From: Candidatus Woesearchaeota archaeon
GTDB lineage: Archaea > Nanobdellota > Nanobdellia > Woesearchaeales > DSVV01
Length of the DNA stretch: 64,000 bases
Direction: 5' to 3'
Assembly (NCBI GenBank): GCA_016219865.1
Contig: JACRKF010000033.1
Span: 123,954 to 187,953 of the forward strand
Numbering within the stretch: the stretch's first letter is position 1; each line of letters begins with the position of its first letter. The translations under genes and the position numbers were made by a program. Below, in pieces: positions 55,977 through 64,000 of this stretch. The notes below the pieces were generated by a model, which saw only the letters and a list, made by a program, of their open reading frames with translations, searched no databases and had not been told where the DNA came from.

Positions 55977-56012
55977 ATATTTGCTGAATGAGCAAAGCGA
56001 ATTCACAAATAT
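55977..56012 (+). repeat. HP1 hairpin repeat, copy j
   Basis: ATATTTG-ctGAATGAGCAAAGCGAATTCa-CAAATAT. Confidence 0.45.
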
Positions 56013-56169
56013 TATTCAGATATTTTTCCGAAAGGTTTAAATATAAGTATGCATCTAAATAATTTTAGCATTTTAATTTAGAAAAGTTTTATAGAGTTAT
56101 AATTATTTTTTTTATAGTAAAAAAGGTGGGTTATTCACAATGATAATTATAAAAAAGGGGTGTAAGTAA

Positions 56170-59100
56170 ATGGAGAAAAAGAGTATTCTAAGTATATTTC
56201 TGTTGATTTCAATCGTCATGTTTTCATCTCTCGCAATTGCTTCTGAAATAGTTTTGACAGGTACCTCTGTTGTTTCTCCATTTAATGTTACAAATGCTTC
56301 TAATGGTCCTTCTGGTGGTATACCTGTATTAGCATTGAAAGTATGGGACAATGGTTCAAGCACACTTGATAGTGTTGTTGTTTCTGTCGGTAATTTAACT
56401 GAAGATTTCAGTGGTGATGGTGATTTAGCAACACTCGGGACAGGTTCAAGTTCAGGATTACAGATCTACAAAGACTCAAATTCAAATGGTGTTTATGAAA
56501 GTGGCACTGATGCGCGATTAACATATTTGGTAACAGATTGGTCATCAAACACAAACAATATGCAAAACGTTACATTCAGCAGTATAAGTGGTTTGACATT
56601 GCCTTCAACAGTTCCTTCAACTGCAAATGTATTTGTTGTGATTAAAATGGTTGCAACACCTTCAAATGGCGCGCAATTCAATGTTTCAGTTTTAAAAGGT
56701 GCAGTTAAATCCTCCGGCAATGCAACAGGTACTGTAAATTCAACTGATGTAAGTTCAGGAAGAGTTTACATTGATACTTTAAATCCTTCAATCGCAGCTG
56801 GATTAGTAAATGCGCAAGTTAATGATACAGACAGAGATGGTTATGTGGACCAAGCACGATTATTATTTAATGAGAATGTTAATGATTCTATTATCTCTAT
56901 TACTGGTATGAGTATTGGTAATTTGAGTAATTTCACAGTAAGTACAAGTTCTGGTGGTTATTTGATGGATGGTTTGACATTCTGGACAGGCGGTACTGCA
57001 AATGATAATGAGTTATATGTCAATTTCACAGAGAATACTTTGATACGGTATACAAATCAATCATTTATGACATTCAATTACAGCACAAATGGTACTGTAA
57101 AAGATATGGCTGGAAACTCATTACAAACAATCACTAACAGGGTGCTTGGTGATGGCGCAGCTCCTATTCTCTTGAACATCACTACTAATGATACTGTGCT
57201 GGATGGTAAAGTAGATGCGCTTGTATTAACATTCTCTGAACCAATTAATGACACATTATTTAATATGAGTGCTTCTCCTGTAGCTTCATTATTCTCTGTT
57301 GCAAATGCTACATGGACAGGTGGCTATGTAAATGATGCAATCATGAGCATCAATCTCAGTCAATCAAATACTACAAAAGATGGTAACTTTACTGGTCATT
57401 TCAATGCAACATATGGTCGTGTTGGTATTGTAGCAGATTTATCAGCATTAAATGATGGTCTTGCAAATGAAAGTAAATTATGGGTAGGCAATATTACTCT
57501 GTTTGCAATAATTGATAGAGTTAGTCCTGTTTTAGAAAGATTTGAAACACTTGATACTGATAACAATGGTTGGTTGGATGCAATTAGAATTAATTTATCT
57601 GAATCAATTAATGATTCAACAATTAATCAAACAGTAGTAAATTTATTTAGTGTAACTCTTGCTACAGGTACAAATAATGAAACTGGTGCTAGCGCAAATA
57701 TGACAGGACAGTTAAACTTTACTGCAACATATGCTAGTGCAGATAGTGCAAATAATAATTTTATATTATTCAACTTTTCAGAACAATTTGCAAAATTAAA
57801 CACATCAGCGGGATTTGCATTAACCTACACATCTATTGGTAATGGTCTTTGTGATTTTGCAAGTGGTGGTGTAAACTGTCTTGTAACTAATGGTACAAAT
57901 GCATCAACAGGAGATAAAGCTCCACCAGTAATAATGAATGGGTTAACATATAATCTAACCATTAATCTTCCATTCCAAGGTTTATCAAGCAATGATTCAA
58001 CAATTGATTATATCAATTTAACCTTATCAGAAAGAGTTACTGCTGGAACAACAGCATCTTCATCATTTAGTTTGTCAGTTAACACTGTTAATGGTTCTGG
58101 AATTGGAAATGTGTTAGTATTGGGAACAAATAATGTAACTGTTGCAAGTATTAGCGCAAATGTAACAATTGGATTAAACGGTTTAGTTGTTGGTACAGGA
58201 AATGTTACATTAAATTATTCAGTTGTAGCTGGTGCATCAATCAATGATAGCAATGGAAACACAATGATTGCAAAAAATGGTATTCTTATAACAGATAATG
58301 TTAGGCCAGTTTTATACCAAGCAGATTATCTAGATAATGATTCAAATGGTTGGGTAGATGCAGTAAGATTAAACTTCACAGAACCAATGAACTTTTCAAG
58401 TCTTGATGCTGCTGTAAACAAAGGTGTTCCATCATCAAGAAACTTTTCAATAAAAGGTATTTCAACAGATCTTGGTGGCAATATAAATTTCACAACAGAA
58501 ATGAACAACACAGGTAATATAACTGGTGGTGTAAGTAGTATTGTATTCTTGTATTGGGCTGGAGCTAATAGAACACACAATACAAGTCCTGTGCTTATTA
58601 TGAATATTAGTGGTGTTGCTGCAGCAGCTCAATCTAATACAACACCTAATGGCGGTAATCCTCTTTCAGATACTTCTGGTCGAGGGTTTGAAGTAATCAA
58701 TGAAACTTCAATTGCTGATAAAGCAGCGCCTGTTATCATGAATGGTATTGCGTATGATGTTGATGCTGATGGTAAAATTGGAAACATCAACTTAACATTA
58801 AGCGAATATGTCAATAGTGGTCAAATGAATACATCAGCATTTAGTATTGTTGTTACAGATGGTACTATTACTGGTAGAAATATTTTAACTCCAGTTGGTG
58901 TTGGTATTACTGTTGGAGCAAATGTTACAATTTCATTCGCTGATTCTGTTGTTGGTACTGGTAATGTTACATTAAACTATACAATGCCTTCAACAGGTGG
59001 AAATTTCAACGATACAGTTGGTAATTTGATGGATAATAAATTCAGCTTTGCAATAATTGATAATGTCACACCTAAATTGCTGGCAAGAAATACTATGGAT

Positions 59101-62100
59101 AATGACAGCAATGGTTGGGTTGAAATGATTCAGTTAAATTTCTCAGAAGAGATTAATGATAGCAGTGTAGCTCAACAAATTGATCAGCTCCTTGCAGGAT
59201 TTGCAGGTAAAAATATAAATTTTTCAGTTGAGATAATCTCTCGTGATGGAGATCCTGCAATCAACTGGACAACAGGTTCAGTTGCAAATGATGCTCTTAT
59301 TTATATTAATTGGAGCACAACAAATGCAACACTCAATAGTACATATAACACATCAGCAACACCTAGAATAAATTATACAAAAGGTATTATATCAGATACA
59401 ATTGGAAATTTTGCTGAAACAAACGCATCAACAGCATCTACAAGAGGCAGTAACTCCGCTGATAACGCAGCTCCAGTTATTATGCACAAATATACAATTG
59501 ATAATGACAGCAATGGATATTTAGATGCAGTTGCAATTAACTTTTCAGAAAATATCAACGATTCAACAGTAGTTAGTACTGATTTTAATATTAGTTTAAT
59601 CAGTGGAAATGGTGTTGCAGTTGACTTCACATGGAATTATCACGGTGATTCAGGAAATAATACATTCATTTATCTGAACTGGTCATTTGTAAACACACAA
59701 TATAAAACAAATGGCACACCAACTGTAAATTATACATCTGGTTCATTAAAAGATTTAGCATCTAGGGCAGAGATTTCATTAGCAACAAGCACTTCTGGAT
59801 TAAACGCATTAGATAGAGCAGTTCCAAGAATCATGAACGTAACAACAGTTGATAATAACAGCAATGGTTGGTTGGAAATGTTGCAAGTGTATTGGTCTGA
59901 ACCAGTGAATGATAATTCATTCAAAGCTTTTGACTTTAATGTCAGTGGTGTAGGTTATGCAACAGCATCTGGTCTTGGTGTAGTTGATTCGCATATATTA
60001 AACTTCACTACAGGAACCTTTGCAAATGATGATATCATCTTTGTAAACTGGTCAATAAATAACACATTAGCTTACAGCACAGTGCATAACACAGGTGCAA
60101 CGCCAGCGATTAATTATACTGCTGGTAACTTATCAGATCTTGCAAATAATTTAGCAGCAACAAACACAACACCTATAACAGCATTAGATCGTGCTACTCC
60201 AAAAGTTATGGATATATTCACAGTTGATAACAACACAAATGGTTACCTTGATGCAGTTGGAATCAACTGGTCAGAAAACATCAATGATCAAACATTTGGT
60301 AATGTAACTAATTTCAACATTAGTCTTATTAATTCAATTGCAGCTGCAGTACGAGTTGACTTTACAACAAATTATCACGGCGACGCATTAAACAACAATG
60401 TTATTTACTTGAATTGGTCATATGCAAGTACAACATTCAACACAAGTGGGCGACCATTGGTGAATTATTCAGCAGGTAATTTATCAGATACAGCAAATAA
60501 TTTAGCGCCAAGCAATACAACTTCAATTACTGCAGCAGATCGCGCATCTCCAGTAATCTGGTCAGCAGTTGCTTCAGATAATACAACAGGATCAAACAGT
60601 TATGACTCAGATGATACTGTAACAATTACATTTAGCGAGCAGATTAACAATGCATCAGTTGGAAACGCATCACCATATATTGTGAATGGTACAAATGCAG
60701 AAGGTATTGAAGCATTGCTTGCAATAAATGGTACAAAGAAATGGAACAACATTTCCTCTGCATTATGGATTAATTCAAACCAAACATTAGTGATTACAGT
60801 ATATAATCAAAACTACACTAATATTAGTGTTGGTGATGTAATTACTCCAAATGGAACATTGCGTGATGTCTTTGGAAACATAATGGGGCAAGGCAACAAT
60901 AATGCAACATTGACTGGAACATTTGATGATACAATCGCTCCATACTTAACAAATGTGCAGACCTATGATAATGACAGCGATGGAAAGATTGATCAGATTA
61001 AGATTACATTAAATGAAGCTGTAATCAATAAGACAAATGCAACTGTAGCAACAACATTCCGTACAGGATTTACTGTTGAAGGATTTACAATAGCTGCATC
61101 GCAAAATGATTCAGGAACAGTAATTGTATTAAACTTAACAGAAACTTCAATCAATACAAGTATAAGACCATGGGTTGCGTACAACAGTGGCATTGGTAAC
61201 TTAACTGATCTTGGAACAAATGCAAACAAATTGGCAACTTTCAATGTAACTGCAAATGATTCAGCAGTTCCAGTTCCAGTGAATGTATCAACATACGATA
61301 ATGACAGTGATGGATTTATTGATTTAATCAATGTTACTTTCAGCGAGCAAGTAAATGATTCATCAATCAATAGATCAAATATCAACTGGACAGATGGTTT
61401 AGGTAATGATGAAATAGGTATTACTGGATTTAATACAGGAACTGGGTTTAATGACAGTTATGTTGAATTTACATTTACTGATAATAAGAACAACACAGGC
61501 GCATTGCCATTCTTCTTGTCAAATGGAACAGGAAGTTCAGATAGTCTAAACTTTATCCTGCAAGATATGGCTGCTGCAGGTGGTGGAAACTTCCTCAAAA
61601 CTGTTACTAACAATACTGTAACAGAAACAGATGGTGCAAAACCTGTGTTCATGCCATTAAATATCACAGATGGAAACTTCAGTAATATTACACGAATGGG
61701 AAGCAACAACGTAACAACATTGTGGTTTAATGTAAGTGAATCTGTAACAAGAATTTCAGTAGTTGTTGGCAATGTTACTGCAACATTGCAAAACAATGAG
61801 TCAACATTTAACAACTTCACATACAGATTAGTGCCAAACTCCTCGAACTCAATTGACACAACAACAGCAACAATAACTATTTCAGCGCTTGATACATCAG
61901 GTTTGAACGCAACAAACGCAACACAATCAGCAATATTCGATTACACGCCGCCTGTTATCTTAAATGTAACTGCGTATGATAGACCAAATGATGATGGTAG
62001 CCATATAAAAGTAATGTGGGGTTCAATACCAGTATCAGACTTTTTAAGATATAATATCTACATTGATGTTGTCAACTCAAGCAGTTTGTCAGGAAAAACA

Positions 62101-62772
62101 CCACATAATAGTACAATTACAAACAACGCAACAGTTAGAAACTTAATTGCAACTATTAACACAAGCAACTTAACAAATGGCGCAGTATATTATATTGCAG
62201 TAACAGCTGTTGACTTAGTTGGAAATGAAAACCAAACTGTTGTTATGGCAAATGCAACACCATATGATAACTCGCAGATTTCACCTACAGCAAACCAATG
62301 GAACTTAGTTTCAACAACACAAACATTGGCAAACACAACAAAAGGAGCTACGCTAAACAGTTCATATACAGTTTACTGGTACAATGACTCTGCATCAGCA
62401 TGGGCAAGTGCAGTAACATTAGATCAATACAAAGGTTACTGGTTATATGACAATGGTGTAGGATCAGCTATTAACTTGTCATTCAAGAACAATGCAGGGC
62501 CATCACCAACATTAGCGCAACAAAATTTAACTTTAGGTTGGAATTTAATTGGTTCATCAAGAGAAGCAGATTTACCTATAAATACTACATTAAATTCAAT
62601 TGCAGGTAAGTATAGTGTTGTTTATGAATATACAGTTGGTACTGGTTGGAGAACATACACTGCAGGTGCAACAACTACAAATAGTGCAACAGAATTCCTC
62701 AATATGACAGCAGGACGAGGATACTGGGTATTCATGACTTCAGCTGGAACATATAGTGGTGGAGACTTATAA
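56170..62772 (+). CDS. giant (2200 aa) secreted repetitive surface protein, an S-layer-like glycoprotein candidate
   Basis: Signal peptide; about 11 tandem ~110-aa modules (LDRAxPxIM..TxDNDSNGWLDAxxINFSExINDS); very high N/T/S content with many N-x-S/T sequons; aggtg ribosome-binding-like motif upstream. Confidence 0.6.
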   Translation: MEKKSILSIFLLISIVMFSSLAIASEIVLTGTSVVSPFNVTNASNGPSGGIPVLALKVWDNGSSTLDSVVVSVGNLTEDFSGDGDLATLGTGSSSGLQIYKDSNSNGVYESGTDARLTYLVTDWSSNTNNMQNVTFSSISGLTLPSTVPSTANVFVVIKMVATPSNGAQFNVSVLKGAVKSSGNATGTVNSTDVSSGRVYIDTLNPSIAAGLVNAQVNDTDRDGYVDQARLLFNENVNDSIISITGMSIGNLSNFTVSTSSGGYLMDGLTFWTGGTANDNELYVNFTENTLIRYTNQSFMTFNYSTNGTVKDMAGNSLQTITNRVLGDGAAPILLNITTNDTVLDGKVDALVLTFSEPINDTLFNMSASPVASLFSVANATWTGGYVNDAIMSINLSQSNTTKDGNFTGHFNATYGRVGIVADLSALNDGLANESKLWVGNITLFAIIDRVSPVLERFETLDTDNNGWLDAIRINLSESINDSTINQTVVNLFSVTLATGTNNETGASANMTGQLNFTATYASADSANNNFILFNFSEQFAKLNTSAGFALTYTSIGNGLCDFASGGVNCLVTNGTNASTGDKAPPVIMNGLTYNLTINLPFQGLSSNDSTIDYINLTLSERVTAGTTASSSFSLSVNTVNGSGIGNVLVLGTNNVTVASISANVTIGLNGLVVGTGNVTLNYSVVAGASINDSNGNTMIAKNGILITDNVRPVLYQADYLDNDSNGWVDAVRLNFTEPMNFSSLDAAVNKGVPSSRNFSIKGISTDLGGNINFTTEMNNTGNITGGVSSIVFLYWAGANRTHNTSPVLIMNISGVAAAAQSNTTPNGGNPLSDTSGRGFEVINETSIADKAAPVIMNGIAYDVDADGKIGNINLTLSEYVNSGQMNTSAFSIVVTDGTITGRNILTPVGVGITVGANVTISFADSVVGTGNVTLNYTMPSTGGNFNDTVGNLMDNKFSFAIIDNVTPKLLARNTMDNDSNGWVEMIQLNFSEEINDSSVAQQIDQLLAGFAGKNINFSVEIISRDGDPAINWTTGSVANDALIYINWSTTNATLNSTYNTSATPRINYTKGIISDTIGNFAETNASTASTRGSNSADNAAPVIMHKYTIDNDSNGYLDAVAINFSENINDSTVVSTDFNISLISGNGVAVDFTWNYHGDSGNNTFIYLNWSFVNTQYKTNGTPTVNYTSGSLKDLASRAEISLATSTSGLNALDRAVPRIMNVTTVDNNSNGWLEMLQVYWSEPVNDNSFKAFDFNVSGVGYATASGLGVVDSHILNFTTGTFANDDIIFVNWSINNTLAYSTVHNTGATPAINYTAGNLSDLANNLAATNTTPITALDRATPKVMDIFTVDNNTNGYLDAVGINWSENINDQTFGNVTNFNISLINSIAAAVRVDFTTNYHGDALNNNVIYLNWSYASTTFNTSGRPLVNYSAGNLSDTANNLAPSNTTSITAADRASPVIWSAVASDNTTGSNSYDSDDTVTITFSEQINNASVGNASPYIVNGTNAEGIEALLAINGTKKWNNISSALWINSNQTLVITVYNQNYTNISVGDVITPNGTLRDVFGNIMGQGNNNATLTGTFDDTIAPYLTNVQTYDNDSDGKIDQIKITLNEAVINKTNATVATTFRTGFTVEGFTIAASQNDSGTVIVLNLTETSINTSIRPWVAYNSGIGNLTDLGTNANKLATFNVTANDSAVPVPVNVSTYDNDSDGFIDLINVTFSEQVNDSSINRSNINWTDGLGNDEIGITGFNTGTGFNDSYVEFTFTDNKNNTGALPFFLSNGTGSSDSLNFILQDMAAAGGGNFLKTVTNNTVTETDGAKPVFMPLNITDGNFSNITRMGSNNVTTLWFNVSESVTRISVVVGNVTATLQNNESTFNNFTYRLVPNSSNSIDTTTATITISALDTSGLNATNATQSAIFDYTPPVILNVTAYDRPNDDGSHIKVMWGSIPVSDFLRYNIYIDVVNSSSLSGKTPHNSTITNNATVRNLIATINTSNLTNGAVYYIAVTAVDLVGNENQTVVMANATPYDNSQISPTANQWNLVSTTQTLANTTKGATLNSSYTVYWYNDSASAWASAVTLDQYKGYWLYDNGVGSAINLSFKNNAGPSPTLAQQNLTLGWNLIGSSREADLPINTTLNSIAGKYSVVYEYTVGTGWRTYTAGATTTNSATEFLNMTAGRGYWVFMTSAGTYSGGDL

Positions 62773-62790
62773 GGTAAATAGGTTGATACA

Positions 62791-63435
62791 ATGAAAACAA
62801 TCAACCAATTTTTTTTATTTTCTTTAATCTTATTAATTAGTTTTATTTTTAGCAATTTTGTTTTAGCAGAAGCAGCAACAAAAGAATTGCCTGCATTAAC
62901 GCAAGCTCCGCAAGGTGGTCCTCCTTTATTGCCGATGACTGTAATAGGAAAAGAAAGCGCAGTCAATGGAAAATTATGTTCAAATGAAACAATTATTGAA
63001 GCAGTAATTGATGGAAAAGTAAGAACTACGCGCAATTGTAATGCTGAGGGTAAATACACGCTAGCAATTGTAGGAACAGCTGATGATGCAGGAAAAGAAA
63101 TTTTATTTTTTGTTGATGGTGCTATTTTACAAAATAAAGACACATGGGCTTCAGGAAAAATAATTGCTGATTTTTCATTTGCAATTACAAGAGAATTAAA
63201 TCAAAAAGAATTGCAAAAGATTGCTGAAGAAGAACAAAAGAAGCAGCAGCAAGAGTTAGAGGAACAGCAAAAAGAAAAACAAAGGAAGATAATTACAGGA
63301 ATAATAATAGCTGTAATGTTAATATTTATCCTATTAATTGTATATTATGTTATCAGAAAACAAACAAAACAAAAAGTATATAAAGAATCAGATAATGTGA
63401 TTAGTAGTAACATCAGAAAGATTAAGAAAAAGTAA
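62791..63435 (+). CDS. secreted protein with a C-terminal TM anchor and a K-rich tail
   Basis: Signal peptide, soluble domain, QQKE-rich linker, TM helix, KKK tail. Confidence 0.5.
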   Translation: MKTINQFFLFSLILLISFIFSNFVLAEAATKELPALTQAPQGGPPLLPMTVIGKESAVNGKLCSNETIIEAVIDGKVRTTRNCNAEGKYTLAIVGTADDAGKEILFFVDGAILQNKDTWASGKIIADFSFAITRELNQKELQKIAEEEQKKQQQELEEQQKEKQRKIITGIIIAVMLIFILLIVYYVIRKQTKQKVYKESDNVISSNIRKIKKK

Positions 63436-63448
63436 ATGGGGATTATAT

Positions 63449-64000
63449 ATGAATAAAAGAATAAGTAAAAAAATCATTAAATCTCTTCTAATAATGCTTT
63501 TATCTACTATTATATTCTCAGTTTCTCTTGTATTTGCAGCAACGTGTTCAGACAATCCGCCAGTTTTACCTAATTCTTTTTCAGGTACAGTTTTAGTAGC
63601 ATCTACAGTAGGTGGTACAAAATCAAATGCTTCAGTTGGAGCTGTGATTAGGGCTTATGTTGATTATGCATCAGATACAACAGCAGATGCAACATTTACT
63701 GTTACTTCAGCAGGAAATTATGAGATTGGTGTAACAGGTTGTTCAACAGATAATGGTAAGACAATCAATTTTACAGTTGATAGTGTTAATGCAAATGTAA
63801 CTTCTATTTTTTATTCAAATGGACCAGCGCCTCGAACAGTAGCAATGCTTGCAGAAGGTACAGTATCTTCTAATGGTAGCAGTAGTAGTTCAGGCGGTGG
63901 AGGTGGTGGTGGAGGGGGGACAATAAGTCCAGTAGCAGCTCCAGCACCAGCAGTTCCAGCAACACCTTCAATTCCTTCAGCACCAGCAGAATCTGCACCT
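63449..64000 (+). CDS. secreted protein; 3' end lies outside the window
   Basis: Signal peptide (LLIMLLSTIIFSVSLVFA), then T/S-rich sequence, a poly-Gly run and a PAPAVPATPSIPSAPA linker. Confidence 0.45.
   Translation, partial: MNKRISKKIIKSLLIMLLSTIIFSVSLVFAATCSDNPPVLPNSFSGTVLVASTVGGTKSNASVGAVIRAYVDYASDTTADATFTVTSAGNYEIGVTGCSTDNGKTINFTVDSVNANVTSIFYSNGPAPRTVAMLAEGTVSSNGSSSSSGGGGGGGGGTISPVAAPAPAVPATPSIPSAPAESAP

Noticed and set aside
1-64000. CRISPR arrays, rRNA genes, transposases / IS elements
   Set aside because: No evenly spaced direct repeats with unique spacers were seen, no rRNA-like conserved stretches, and no DDE/serine recombinase-like ORFs. The repeats present are the HP1/PAL2 hairpins and the 31.3-31.65 kb palindromes.

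Overview
Both strands of this 64 kb window are densely packed with genes. Base composition looks roughly one-third GC by eye. The content is clearly archaeal: ABCE1, a tRNA with a 14-nt intron at the canonical 37/38 position, two intein-containing genes, HerA/Mre11 repair genes, a DnaG-type Toprim protein and Asn/Thr-rich secreted proteins. The small-genome, low-GC style suggests a DPANN-like archaeon, but that is inference only.

Main content, left to right:
- (1) A complete diversity-generating retroelement (DGR). Its target gene (1100-2719) ends in a variable repeat (VR). An Asn-codon-rich template repeat (TR) lies about 230 nt downstream; TR/VR differences fall almost only at TR adenines. 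A DGR-type reverse transcriptase (RT) follows, with the [I/L]GxxxSQ motif (LGNLTSQ) and a YVDD box. Its N-terminus appears frameshifted.
- (2) Deoxyhypusine synthase carrying an HNH-type intein, then an aldo-keto reductase, tRNA-Thr(CGU) with an intron, an OB-fold SSB/RPA-like protein, NAD synthetase and ABCE1.
- (3) A HerA-like ATPase with a LAGLIDADG intein in its P-loop, a parvulin PPIase, Mre11, a second HerA-like ATPase and a DsbA-like protein, then an Obg/YchF-family GTPase and a small Ras-like GTPase module.
- (4) A long surface-glycan locus running to 51.1 kb:
  - UDP-GlcNAc precursor genes: glmM-like, glmU-like, a HAD phosphatase and glmS.
  - Glycosyltransferases: two GT-C membrane enzymes, a DegT aminotransferase and GT2 enzymes, one of them Dpm1-like.
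  - Four radical-SAM enzymes, one B12-binding and three with SPASM/twitch C-termini.
- (5) A dockerin-bearing Cys-rich secreted protein, a MoxR AAA+ ATPase with a VWA partner, a metallophosphoesterase and a 2200-aa repetitive surface protein rich in N-glycosylation sequons.

Non-coding signals:
- A 10-copy family of intergenic hairpins whose stems co-vary around a conserved loop built from tandem GARYGAA half-sites.
- A second family of about 7 near-identical palindromes (AGAGAATTTTGC..GCAAAATTCTCT) sitting right after stop codons.
- An array of GCATTGYAATGCATT palindromes around 31.3-31.65 kb.
- No CRISPR array, rRNA or obvious transposase was seen.

Coordinates derived by hand may be off by about 1 nt; ORF-track coordinates were used wherever available.
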